Notes under the pieces: generated by a model | Told to the model about the DNA's origin: nothing | The model's input: only the letters and a program-made list of their open reading frames with translations | The model's database searches: none | In this document: one piece after another, positions 48,940-60,896 of the stretch | How positions within the stretch are numbered: position 1 is the first letter of the stretch | Layout: each line of letters opens with the position of its first letter | From: Amoebophrya sp. A120 | Taxonomy: Eukaryota; Protista; Dinoflagellata | Length of the DNA stretch: 64,000 nucleotides | Assembly: GCA_905178155.1 (NCBI GenBank) | Contig: CAJINV010000004.1 | Span: forward strand, 6,720,842 to 6,784,841 | Reading direction: 5' to 3' | Made by a program: the position numbers and the translations under genes

Positions 48940-50276
48940 AAATTCTATTTTTGACCTCCCACGTGCTCCTTGCACTATGTCGTGGTTTCTATTGCATGTC
49001 GTGCCCGATAGTTTGCTTGAAATTGAAACGTCGTTGCAAATAAGATGACGATTCTCTTCAGAGGACTTCGGTTGCAGTCGGTCCGGTAGGTGTTTTTCAC
49101 TTTGGTCGTGGATCATGTGGAGCAGTCGGATGGAAATTGATGATGTCATGTAGTTGATACTGGTTTTCTGTGTGATACGGTAGGCAAAATGGAAGGGAGA
49201 ATGTTGTGGCTTCGCTAACAAGAGAGTTCGGAGGTCCAAACGGAAGTTGAGGATGAAGGGCAGCTACTCGGAAGTTATATTTTGAGTTTTGTGAAAGTGG
49301 AACACGTAGTACAATTTTGAACAGCAGTACCTTTAATACCGGCGCACATGGACGGAGTTCCATCGTAGCGCACCAGCATGTAGTATTGATTGATGATGGA
49401 TATTCTCATTTTTTTCATGTGAATTAGTACAACTACATCGACATTCAATCATTCATTTTGGTATTGTGTTTATCTATCATCTAATGTTTTTCATCCAGTC
49501 GTGATCAAGATTCAGACTATTCATGTAGTTTTTTCTTTGTCTCCGTATAATTTTGCAACCATTTTTATTTTTGGAGTATAGTATTTCATGCGTACGAGAC
49601 TGCTCATGTCATCGAATTCGCCATGGTAAAGGAAGTCACGCACCTACACACGGGTAAGCACGACTACTACTTTGCCTTTGGTCTTGTGTTCATGATCTCC
49701 GTGGACGGCAATGAAGCAATACCAGCTGAGCCTGAGACATGGCATTTGTAGCTAGGTACAACCACCAGTGTTGCTGCTGACGAGAGAACACGCATTCAAT
49801 TGCTGATCGGTCCAAATTACCTCTGAGCGCACAAGAACAACGACGAGCCATCAGGTATCAAGATGAAGTAAATCCTACGCATGTTCGTCCTAACGATCAT
49901 TGAGTACTAAACTATGACCAAACTTACTTACATAAAAAGAACAAAAGTGCGCATCAGCGTCGCACCGTCACATGGAAGATGTACTTCTTGTTTCAATGCG
50001 CCACCTCCACGATAGTAACTTTCCATAGGCCTTTTGACAGGTTGGAGAGCCACGGCTGCTTTCAAGAATTTAGTTTGGAAAAATAACAACAGTAGAACTT
50101 CAGCTCGTCAATTCCATAGATTTTCACATTTACTTTTTTAATTTTCCGATGAAATAATATCCGTCACGCTCACGACCGTCTACAAAGAACTAGAACGCTG
50201 GATTCATCAAACCCGTGTTGTGGTGGCCTTGAGGTGAATTGTCCGCACTAGAAGTGATCTCGAGCAGAATTTGACC

Positions 50277-52945
50277 ATGGACACCGGCACGAAGCAGTTT
50301 TTCCTCGAGAGGAAAGAGGAGGACCCGGAAAACGGAAAATGCTGCGACTGCGGCGCACCGCACCCGCAATGGGCTTCTGTGAACCTCGGCTGCTACTTCT
50401 GCCTCCTGTGCTCAGGTATGAAAACATGTAGAAACAGGAAGTTCGACTTTTTGCTCAGGTGTCGAGGCTATGAGTGATGTACTTGGACCTGCTCTTTCGT
50501 TGTACGAGGATAAATCAATGCAAACGAACCTATCACCAGAACGAAGCACATCAATCTCTATCAAACTTGTTTAAAATCCCGTAAAACAGGGCAGCACCGG
50601 GGCCTTGGTGTGCACATCAGTTTCGTCCGCTCAATAACGATGGACACCTGGAGCGACAAACAGAAAGGTACTTATTTTGAATTTTCATATCGGATTTTCA
50701 CGACTTTTGAGAAAAAAACACGGCTGTTTTCTCATGCTCGACGACTGTGCAGACGCAGAGCGCAACTACAAAATCATCCAATGTCCTCCTCACCCCAGCC
50801 TCCATGCAGAAGGGCGGTAACGCGCGTTTGAAAAAGGCCCTGGAAGACAACGGGGTCTCGGCCAGCGGCAAGATCAACGAGAAATACAACACCAAAGCCG
50901 CGGAGTGGTACCGGCAGACGCTGCGCGCCGAGGTCATGGGCGAGCCGCTACCCCCCCTTTTGGCTCCCGGGACCGGACCGCTGCCGGCCTTCGAAGCGCC
51001 AGCGGCGTCCACTGCAGCGGCGACCGGGTCGATTACGTCGAACGGCGGGGGATCGTCGTCGTCCAGTTCTTATGGATTGCAAATATGTCTGGGTCTGGAA
51101 GGTTGGTGGAACTTGTGATGCTAGCTCTGGACTCTGAAAAAATCTGTATTGCATGACCAGCAAGAGGAGGCTAGTTTGTGCTACGCGGGGAGGGCGTTTG
51201 TCATGCGGAGTAGGCATCGAGAAGCCCTCTAAAAATCTGTGATGCTAGGTCGTGCATTACAGACATCCTGGGTCATGCAAAATATGCATGACAGACAAAC
51301 CCAGCAACATTCCAGACCCAGACACTTTTGCATTTGATAGTTCTTCCGGGGGCATGACCGGCTTCGGCTCCGCGCCACCGCCGCAGCAGGATCGGGGAGG
51401 TATAAATTTTATGTGGTTCAGATAATTATGATCTGATGTCGGGAAGCAGCAACATGGTGCGCGCAATCTTGAAGTTTTTTTGTAAATCGAGAAATGCCGC
51501 AGCCGCCTCGATCCAAAATGAGGCTCCCTGAATAGCTTTAGCTTTCTCAAAACAAAAACCAAATGACCGACCCTCCCTCCAGGCAACAACGGCGACGACC
51601 TGTTCGGCGCTGCAGCGGCGAGCTTGTGGGGCTTCGCGGGCACCGCCGCGGCCTTCGCGTCCAAGGCGAAGGACGCGGCCGTTGAGAAGGCAAAGCAGAT
51701 CGAGATCCCGCAGGACAGCCAGAGCTTCATGCAGAGCGTCGGAACCACGGTATTGGTTTATCTGGAAGATGCGCGTGTAATTTTCCCGATGTTGAAAAAC
51801 TCTTCCGGCAACCACCACCAGCTGCCCGCGCCCCGCACAGATGCCCCGATTGATACGCTTATTGCGCCCGCGAGAAAGCGCTGACACGCTGCTGCTGCTG
51901 CGCCTCTGAGCAAGTACTCGTCCGAGGCATCTTCACATACAACCTAGTGGGCACTCGTTGGTTACGGTTTTCGTGTGGTTTGTGCGACGATTTCCTTTTG
52001 TTGCCAATGTCGTTTCATCCGCCCGCCCTGCAATTTGCGCGCGCCGCCGCCCCGCTTCTACGGTTTTTTGTGTTTTTTGTGTGATGCATTTGAAAGACCA
52101 CCAGTCCCAGCCGAGCGTGGTAAAAAAGCGCTTCTGTGGACGAAGATTCAATATATTGTGTACAATTAGAACTTGAAAATTTTTCAATCATACCCCAACG
52201 ACCACAAGTCCAAAACAACTCCGCACGACAGATGAACGCCGGTCTGAACAAGGCCAAGGAGCTGTCTGCAAAGACCTACGAAACGGTGACCGACGAGCAA
52301 TTTCTGGAAAAGGTAAAAGCAAAAACCGCCGAGACCGTGGAAAAATCGAAGGAATTGGCGGCGCAAAGCTACGAGAAATCGAGGGAGTACGCGGAATACG
52401 CACAGGTCATCGTGAAAGAAAAGCTGGACGAGAATGGCTTCCCAATCTCCGGCACCAACGGCGCAATGAACCACGGCATGGGGAGCAGCGGTTCCAGCTA
52501 CAATCCAGGAAGTGGCGGTGGTTCGTCAAATTTTGCCGGTAGTAGTACAACGACCTACGGCAACATGCCGCCGCCCGCGAGTCAGAACCTCCCGGACCCC
52601 CATTCCGCCGGAAACACCAGCGGGGACGCGTTTGGAAGTTTGGCCGACGACCTGGACTTTTTGAACACAGGGATGGCTGCAAACTCAACATCATCTGCAG
52701 CGCCGATAAATACCACAATACCAGTGACAACGACGAGCGCAGGAACAATGGCCCAACAGCCCCCGCCTCCAGCGCCGGTGCAACTTGGACAGGGCGGTAC
52801 TAGCGTGAACCTGCTCGGAGATGCTGCACCCGGTTCCAACGGTGTAGTAGCGGCGAGTAAACTGGACCCCGCAATCTCGTCCGGTGGGAATGGCGACGCG
52901 AAAAAGCCCGGCGATGACTGGTTAGATGATTTTGCGGATTTTTAG
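50277..52945 (+). CDS. ADP-ribosylation factor GTPase-activating protein (ArfGAP1-like)
   Basis: [46 protein letters not shown] zinc finger; [17 protein letters not shown]; C-terminal [10 protein letters not shown]; several GT-AG introns and one introner. Confidence 0.9.
51071..51339. mobile_element. Introner family D
   Basis: TATGGATTGCAAATATGTCTGGGTCTGGAA...TTCCAGACCCAGACACTTTTGCATTTGATA; TSD GTTCT. Confidence 0.92.
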
Positions 52946-53840
52946 CGACAGAACGTGTCTTTATTTGTATAGCGCCTGAGTATGATGTTGCAACACGTGG
53001 TCATGCCGCTTGAGCCCGTTGCAACACGTGGTCATGCTTTCATTCTACCCAACGACGCGACACCCCCCAGCACTGGAGATGAAGTACCCTTTTCCCAATT
53101 GCGACCAGCATTGGACCACCCTTTCCCCAGTGTAGTACCGGAAGAACAGCAACGACCGAAGATAGAGACAAACAGTTTTTGAAAGAAAAAGATGGCTTCG
53201 CAGCAGTACTCCAAAAATGGCAATGCGGCTGCCGTGGCAAACGAGAACTCTCAGCTATTTACCACCAACTCTCTCGTCCTGCTTGCACTTATTTCGGCAA
53301 ATGGAAATCGGTTTCCCTATGCCTGTGGTACCTCGGTCAAGTAGTCATCTGAAACCAGCACTGTCAGCACATCGGTTGAATCACGTTCACAGTGCTTCGA
53401 AGTAACGCTGAGAAAGAGAAAATCTGTCGTGCAGTGACACTTGAATCCGGACAGCTTTGAAACGTGACCGTGATTTCCAGCACCACCTGATCGGTTCGTT
53501 CACTTTTGCTTCGTCACTTTGTTTCGTTCATCATGATTTCGGTCTTTGTCGTTCATCCATTATGATCCCTGCTTGTAGAAGCAGAGTATGTCAGACGAGC
53601 TGATGCGCCGGACGTACAACTGAACGAAAGGACGAACATTTGAAAAATGCGTGTCATTCTCTTTGGACGATGAACCACAGCTCATTCTGGACCCCAATAC
53701 TTCCCTTTCCCATACATATTTGTGTTGACACCAATTCAACATGCTTTGCTACCCATGATGATCCCTCGTCTTGTAAGTTTGTCCCAGTGAAAATCTGCTA
53801 GATAAATTCAAAGCAACGCTCCACCGCCTGTCATTCCAAA

Positions 53841-56800
53841 ATGGCCGAGGATCTTCACGACGCGGTTGCAGGAGCAGATGAAATACTCTTTTCTCCCGGC
53901 ATTTTTCCGGACGACGAAGGAGACGAAGAGGTCTACAGTTTCTCACCTCAGCAAAAAAGTCCTTCCAGCCCCCCTGCTCTACATCCCAGCACGACCGCCT
54001 ACGAGATCGCGTTGCGGCGCCAGCAGAACCGGGTATTGGCGTTGCAGAATACGAAAAGGGCTTTGCGAATCTCCTCCACGTCGCCGAAACGAAGTAGAGC
54101 AGCGGCCGAAGCGGATGAAGCTTCCGACGAAGTAGACGCGGGGAAAAGATTTTTAGAAAAACAGAGAAAACTGACAGAGCAACTCCTCGCACCGGAAAAC
54201 TTCGCAATTACCGAGGAGGTGGTGCTTGTTGGAGGCCGCTCCTTGGGTAAAATAAATGGTGGCAGCAAAACAAGTTTATCTTTAAGAACCTCGAAGTCCT
54301 CCGGGTCCGCAGCGGAAGTGGAAGTAGAGGGCCTTTTTGAGGCCACTGCATCCGGAGCAGCCCCCGGGCATACTAATTATCTCCATGACGTCGAGACTAA
54401 CCCCGGCTCCTTCTCCACTGGTTGGGTGCAGCAGAGCCTGCAACCGCAAAAAATTCTCGAGCGGGAAGCGTTTATTTTACGGCAAGAAGACCAAGAGGTA
54501 GATGATCTCCTCGTCGACAATTATACCGATGGCACGAGAACGCACCAAAGGCTTGTAAACCGATTCGACCGCGTGAGAGGGGAAGGAGAAAACGCTGGTG
54601 AGCAGGTGGCTGCCTTTCCCATGGATATAGAAACCGGGACGACCACTACTCCGTTCGGTGGACCATTAGCAAGTACAGCTAACTCATCATCACCTGCTCC
54701 TCACGCCCACCACGACGGGTCGTCTAGTGCCTATCTTTTCCGCGAAGGGGAGCACACAAGGAATGATAGCTCACCAGAGAATTATGGAAACTTCCAAAAA
54801 ACTACTAGTCCACCTGGTGGAGAATCCGGTTCTTATGGTGAAGACCAAGAGGAGGCGGACGTGGATCAAACCCAAGTTCGAGCCGGAAATACCAATTCCA
54901 AAAACGTCGAGTGGGACTTTTGGACGATTCCAGAAGGCGAAGCCATTGTACCTGAAGGGGCCGAGAAAGAGTCTTCTGGCACCACGACAGACTACGCTTT
55001 GGACTCGAATCCGCCTCCCGCAGGGGAAGTTGTTATTTTGGTGGAGAACAAAGAGTCAGAACCTGCAGTTAACGAAGATGCTAGGAGTACCCGCCCTGTC
55101 GCCGCGATGCACGATGGTGTCAACATGCAGCCACGACCAGAACAAGCAGTGCCACAGGTGGATTCAGTTGCAGGCGACGCCACAGCTAGTACGAGCAAAT
55201 CCACCCGTGGTCCTCCCGTTGCTGTAACTAAACCAGAGGCCGAACAACGTGGGCCACCAGCTTCAGTGGAAGAGGGCCAGGGGTCATCCACACCGGTTGT
55301 CCTTGACCGAAATCTGCCAAGCGCCGCCCTATTCGCAGCGAACGCGAAGACCTCTAAATCAAGCCAGCCTGATTCTAAAAAAACGATCAACAGCGACACC
55401 AATTTCCTGCCAACTTTCGCACCGCTCGAGCAAGGGCTGACAAAAAGTGTCGACTCCAGCGTAAAATCCCTCCGGCAAAATTTTGTCGCGGAGCTTAGAA
55501 AGGAAACGGCTGCGGTTTTGGAACAACCTGCAAGAGACGAGAGGCAGATACAGCTGCGGGAAAGGACCTCGTTTTCTTTGCTCCAGCAGTCTTTAGTGCA
55601 GGGGCTGCAGGAAAGGCTTTCGACGTCCGCTGCTGGTCGTCGTGGGGAAGATCGTCAATATAGTAATATTCAAATTGCGCAGTCACTGACCAGCCAGTCG
55701 AAATTATCTGGAGAGGATTACGAGGAAGACAATGGCGCGCTGACCTCGGCAAGAACGGAAATTTCGGACGAATTAGCGGCGGTGGTGAGGACCGGGGGGA
55801 GTGTCGTGCAGTATTACGAAGACAAGATGAGCTCCAGTGCGAATAGCGGAGCGGCGGTAGGAGGAGTGGTTCCCAATGCCAATGCCAGTATGGTTGTTCC
55901 GGGTACTACCGGTAATTCTGAAGACAACTACTATGGCTACGATGAGTACGGACAACAGTACACGGCTGAGGATTGGGAGAACTACTACAACGAACAGCAA
56001 TACAACGAATACAACTACGCAGATGGACAGGACAACTACGAGCAGGAGTCGCAACAAGACCCAAGCAACAAACTCCGCTTTACATCCACCCGCCTCCCCT
56101 CTTCCATCTACGATGCCGACGGCGAGATCCCTTTAAGCACCATCCACGACGGGCCGCAGCGGGGGAGCTTTTCTAAGGCACCGGGAAGCAAGTACCGGAC
56201 GACGGGACGAATCAAGCACCCGTCGGAGAAGCCGGAGACTGGTTTCGATTACCACCAGCACTTCGGTCAACACGACGGGAACAATCACACGATGGAGGAT
56301 CCTTTCACCGCTTTCGTGCCTGAGGACGAGCAACTTTCCGCAGAATTGACGCTGTTGGCGCATAAAGGTACTACTTCCAAAAACAAAGTGGAAATCGGGC
56401 AAAGCACGATCCACGAAAATCTTCGCGCCAGTCCGCAAAAAAACCCACACGCGAAACTGCAGGTGCACCACTCAGGCAGGGTTCCGTCGATGAAAATTGT
56501 TTCACCCGGCGAGGGAGAGGGAGAGCAACAGAATCTGTATGTGGACGGAGACGAAGAAAACCAAAATGTACAACTCTCAGGTCAGCAAGAACTCGGCACA
56601 TCGAACCAATTCGAAGAGCAAACTGCCAGGATTAGTACCCACGACCATTTGGTCTTCCACGTGGAGGACGAGAACAATTTTCAGCTAGAAGAAACGCCGA
56701 TCCAGCTGCCCTTCGGAACAAGGCAGAACTTCGCGAAAATCGGGAATAGCACCATTCACGAGCACGTCCGGGCGTCCGGCGCGCGACACCCGGAACCCCG

Positions 56801-59800
56801 GGTGCAAAGAAGTGTTGTCAGAACGGAATCCCACAAACCGGAATTCGAAGACGAACACCACGTGATGCATTTACACGAGCCGAACACGGGGTTATCCGGG
56901 GATCTTGCGATCACGGGGTTCGGCGATTTGGAGGGGCACTTGATCCCGCACGAACCCGTGGCGTACAGGAGTTCTCGTGGATATCAAATGTAAAAATGTC
57001 TGGGTCTGGTAGATTCTGAGATTTGTCATGCATATTTCGGATCACGCAAGTCCAAGTGGCGTCTGATGCAGGCAAAAGCATCACAGGTTTTGAGCACGCC
57101 TCATGATGCCTGTCCCGCATGAGAAACTTCCTACTTGCGTGCCAAGAAATGGACAGCTTTTGGCGCTCATGCAACACAAATTTTTGTGTGTTCCAGAGTT
57201 TGCATCACAACAGTGAACCCTTCCAGACCCAGACATTTTTACATTTGATAGTGGACCAGCATCATCAATGCGGTCGAGCTCCTTAAAGCAGCTCGAGTTG
57301 GAACTTCTCCAAGGTCGTGCTGCTGGCAATGAAGATTTTTCCTCGAACATCAAGTCATACAAGCAAAATAGATACTTGGAAGAAGGGGATGCGGGTCCCG
57401 CAACTACTTCCGATTTAGAGGTCGAGGAGGATTCGCGGTCAGATTCCGAGCGAGCGCAGGAATTGCAGGAGCTTTTGCAAAGTTCAGAGGACGCGGAGGA
57501 ACGAGCATCTTCGTCGAGAAGCGACTTCGCGGCGGCTTCCGGGGGGTTTGTTCAACAGGAGGGCAATGATTTCAACCGTTTTGAAGTAGATGAGGAAGAC
57601 ATCGAAACGGAGCTGACCCCCTTCGCTGGAGTGGTAGAGAAAACCACAGAGCATTCCATCCACAACCCACTTAGCCGCGCAGCGGCTTCGGCGCACCCGG
57701 AACAGAAGAGCAAAACTTTTCCACCAGAGCAAAGGAAGTCCATGAAAGCGGATGAGCACTTACCCCAGTCCGCTGTTTTCTCCACGGCCCACGGAGTCAT
57801 CGACGAAGATTTATCGAACTACGCAAAGCCGCACCCGTTTGCCGATAGAAGCCCAGTTCTTGTTAGTGCCGGTGGATCTTCAAATTTCGCGGTAAAGGAA
57901 CTTGATACAGAAGTAGAAGGTTTGGCGGAAAACGAACCTCGAGTCGAAGAGGATGAGGACTTCTACTTTGACGACGGCACCAACCAAGACTACTACCGTG
58001 CGGGCCAGTCGACGATCTACGATCAGCTGCGCGCGAGCCAGAACCGCCACCCCTCGGCGAAAGTGCAGAAGGGGATGTCCATTCGGGTTTCCAGCAACAA
58101 ACCAGACGATAAAAATTACAGTGATTGGCTCACGATGTACGAACAAGACGGCGTGACGGAGCAAATACATTTTCACACAAAAACACAACTAATCCTCGCG
58201 GAAGACTATGACAAGTTCTCTACCCAGAAGCAGAAGTTTGAAGCCGTGGGGAACAGTACCATTTACGACAATCTGCGCGCGAGCTCCTCTCCCCACCCGG
58301 AACGGAGAACAATGAAAACACGGAGTAGCTCCTCCTCCGCGATGAAGGTCGATAGCATGAAAGGGGTGCCACTAGAAGTACCTGCCGCCCCAGGGTCATC
58401 TTTCGGCGGATCTTCGAGTGCTGACAGAATGACCCGCGCGAGTGCGGCAGAACATCAGAATAACGTCTACTTCCACACGGACGAGCATGTTTTGCTGATG
58501 CCCGAGATCGATGAGGTGTCAGCGCAAAACCTGAATTTACATTTCACGAAACAGCAGAAACTCCTGACGGTCAGCAAGCAGACGAAAGAGGAATTTCTTA
58601 TCGCGAAACGGGAAGAGGAACTGCTAGCGAACATCCGGAAGGAAAAGTACAAAAATCCTTTGTTTCCGCGCTTCGTCACGGGGGACACGTTGACTCCGCG
58701 CACGTTGATGCAACAAGCGACGGCACGGAAGTTGAAACAAAGAACTTTTATCTACGACGTGGAGGAAGAATTAGATCAAGCGGAGAGGAAGGCGGAGGAC
58801 GCAACCAAGGACAAGGTCGGTCTTACACAATCGGAACAACTCGCAAAGCAGGAGCAGGAGAAGAGGGAGTTACTGTGGGGAATGAATGCAAATGGAACTA
58901 CAGCAGGAGATCATATCAACGACGGACAGCTGGCACTGCAGGTGAATCCCGAGGAGGCTGCCAGCAAGTCCAAGCGCGACAAGGGATTGAAAAGTAGGTC
59001 CAGGTCGCCAGGAACTTCTTCTCCAATGGGTATTAAAAAGCCCGCTTCGCTGCTGAATCCTAGGAGGTCTAAATCAAACCCAGCATCTTCGAGAGCAGGA
59101 GCTTTGATCGCTGCGCCAGCAGGTGGCTTCAGGTTTAACTTTCCGGAAGCTGCAACTACGGCTACACAGCTGCCGCCGCCTGAAGCAGGACCAGGGACCG
59201 CACCAGTTGCAGGCGTTGTTCCCTCACCTGTGCTAGCTGGTCCACCCGGGGCGTTCCATTTAGCACTCCTGAACACGACCATACTGCCACCGAAGCATCA
59301 AAGCGCGGCGCTGCAACAAAGTCGAAGCCGGAGCCGCAGTCCGGAGGGTTTCACTAGTAGTGCAGCAGTTCCTAACAACTTCATCCCGCTCATACAAGTA
59401 GACCCGCTGCCCCCCTTGCAGCAATTCGACGAGCGGTTTCTTCTCAACGCAGCGAAGCAACTCCCCGTTTCTCAGCGGTTCGGCGAGGTCAACGGACACG
59501 TGGGGGCGAAGCTGACGGAGTTGCACGGCCACGATGTGGGAACGTACTACAACTATGGTGCAGGAGCTACCAACACAAACTCAAATAGCAACTTCGACGC
59601 GACCACAAGTAAAAATCCAGAGGACAATAATATCATGGGTTTTGACACGCCGAGGACGATTATCAAAAAGGCGTTTACCACGCAACCAGACTTGGCAGCG
59701 ACGATATACAAGCAAACGGTGGAGGAGATTCTCACCGCCTCCGCCAGCTCTATGGGAGATGTTGTACTGGACAGCAACGCATACGCGTTGTACCAAGGGG

Positions 59801-60255
59801 GTGCTGCACAAGTAGGGGATGGGATTTCACCGCGAGGAGAACAATTTGTGCCGGCACAGTTTTATTCCGCTCCTACGTCCTCCTCCCCTTCGGCCGAACT
59901 GATCGCGTCACAAAGGTTTCTGGCGGCGCTATCACCGGCTGGAACTACGTCTGGGGGCCCACCGGCAGGATCACTACAACCACAGCAGCAGGGGACTAGT
60001 AGTGCCGGCACAGGCACTACGGGTACTACGTCTTTTCAAACCAGCGCACCTCCGAAGGGCAATTTGCTGCTCTCCAGGACGGGGCCACAAGCAAATCCGT
60101 TCGCGCACATCTGGGCTCAGTATAATGGAGGTGAAGAATCAGAAATGTCGGAGAGCGAGGTAGAATTACCCCCGGAGGATGATGAAATATTGAAGCCGCT
60201 GACAAGGCCGCCGGTGGAACTTCCGTTGCCCAATTTACTGCGATTCAATTTCTAA
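53841..60255 (+). CDS. ~2046-aa low-complexity hypothetical protein; two long ORFs joined across one introner
   Basis: ORFs 53841-56993 and 57268-60255 join in frame (SSRG-PASSMRSS) after removing 56982-57255; a shared internal repeat occurs on both sides of the join. Confidence 0.8.
56982..57250. mobile_element. Introner family D
   Basis: Perfect 28-bp TIR TATCAAATGTAAAAATGTCTGGGTCTGG; TSD GTGGA. Confidence 0.95.
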
Positions 60256-60896
60256 ACTGAACCACATGATAAACATCAAGAACCTATGACTTTGTACACT
60301 ATCGCTATAATCTTGTTCCCATGTCACTGTCAGTTCGAGCGCATCAGCACTTGGAGTCCTCGCGTATCTATGTCCTCTACGGGAGATGACGAGCCTCCTC
60401 ATCCGACTTTCAGAACATAAAGTCCGTCGTCTGTATTGGCTTTGGGAGGAAAGACAGGTCCGGCGTTCGATCTTGCTCGTGATGTGTTCCTTCGTCTCCC
60501 GTCGCAGTCGTCACTTAAAACCAAATTAGAATCGTGGGCTTTCGCGACATTGTCGTCTGTCGTATTTCAGAAGGTCGTGATGAAGTAGTTTTCTACTAGA
60601 ACATGAACATGAACAGCTCGAAAGCTACAGCTTTAAGACCATTCATCGTAGTATTCGCCACGAGCATCTTCAACATGCTCGGTGTTTCGTCCTTGAGTTA
60701 GTGTTGATCGGGTTTAACCGCAGCTACTTTTGCTTTTTGATTAGTGTATGACGAGACGCATCGGCATCCAACTTTCCGTCCGACCTCTACCTCTAGCGCT
60801 GTTCCTTTCATAGGAATTGAAGTCGAATTAAGAAAAACAAACATATTCAATCAATCTCTGCGTGTGTGTGTGAAAGAAAAAACAAGCCGACATAAA

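Noticed and set aside
52987-53037. 20-bp direct repeat GTTGCAACACGTGGTCATGC downstream of ArfGAP as a regulatory site
   Set aside because: Only two copies and no supporting context; most likely a local duplication
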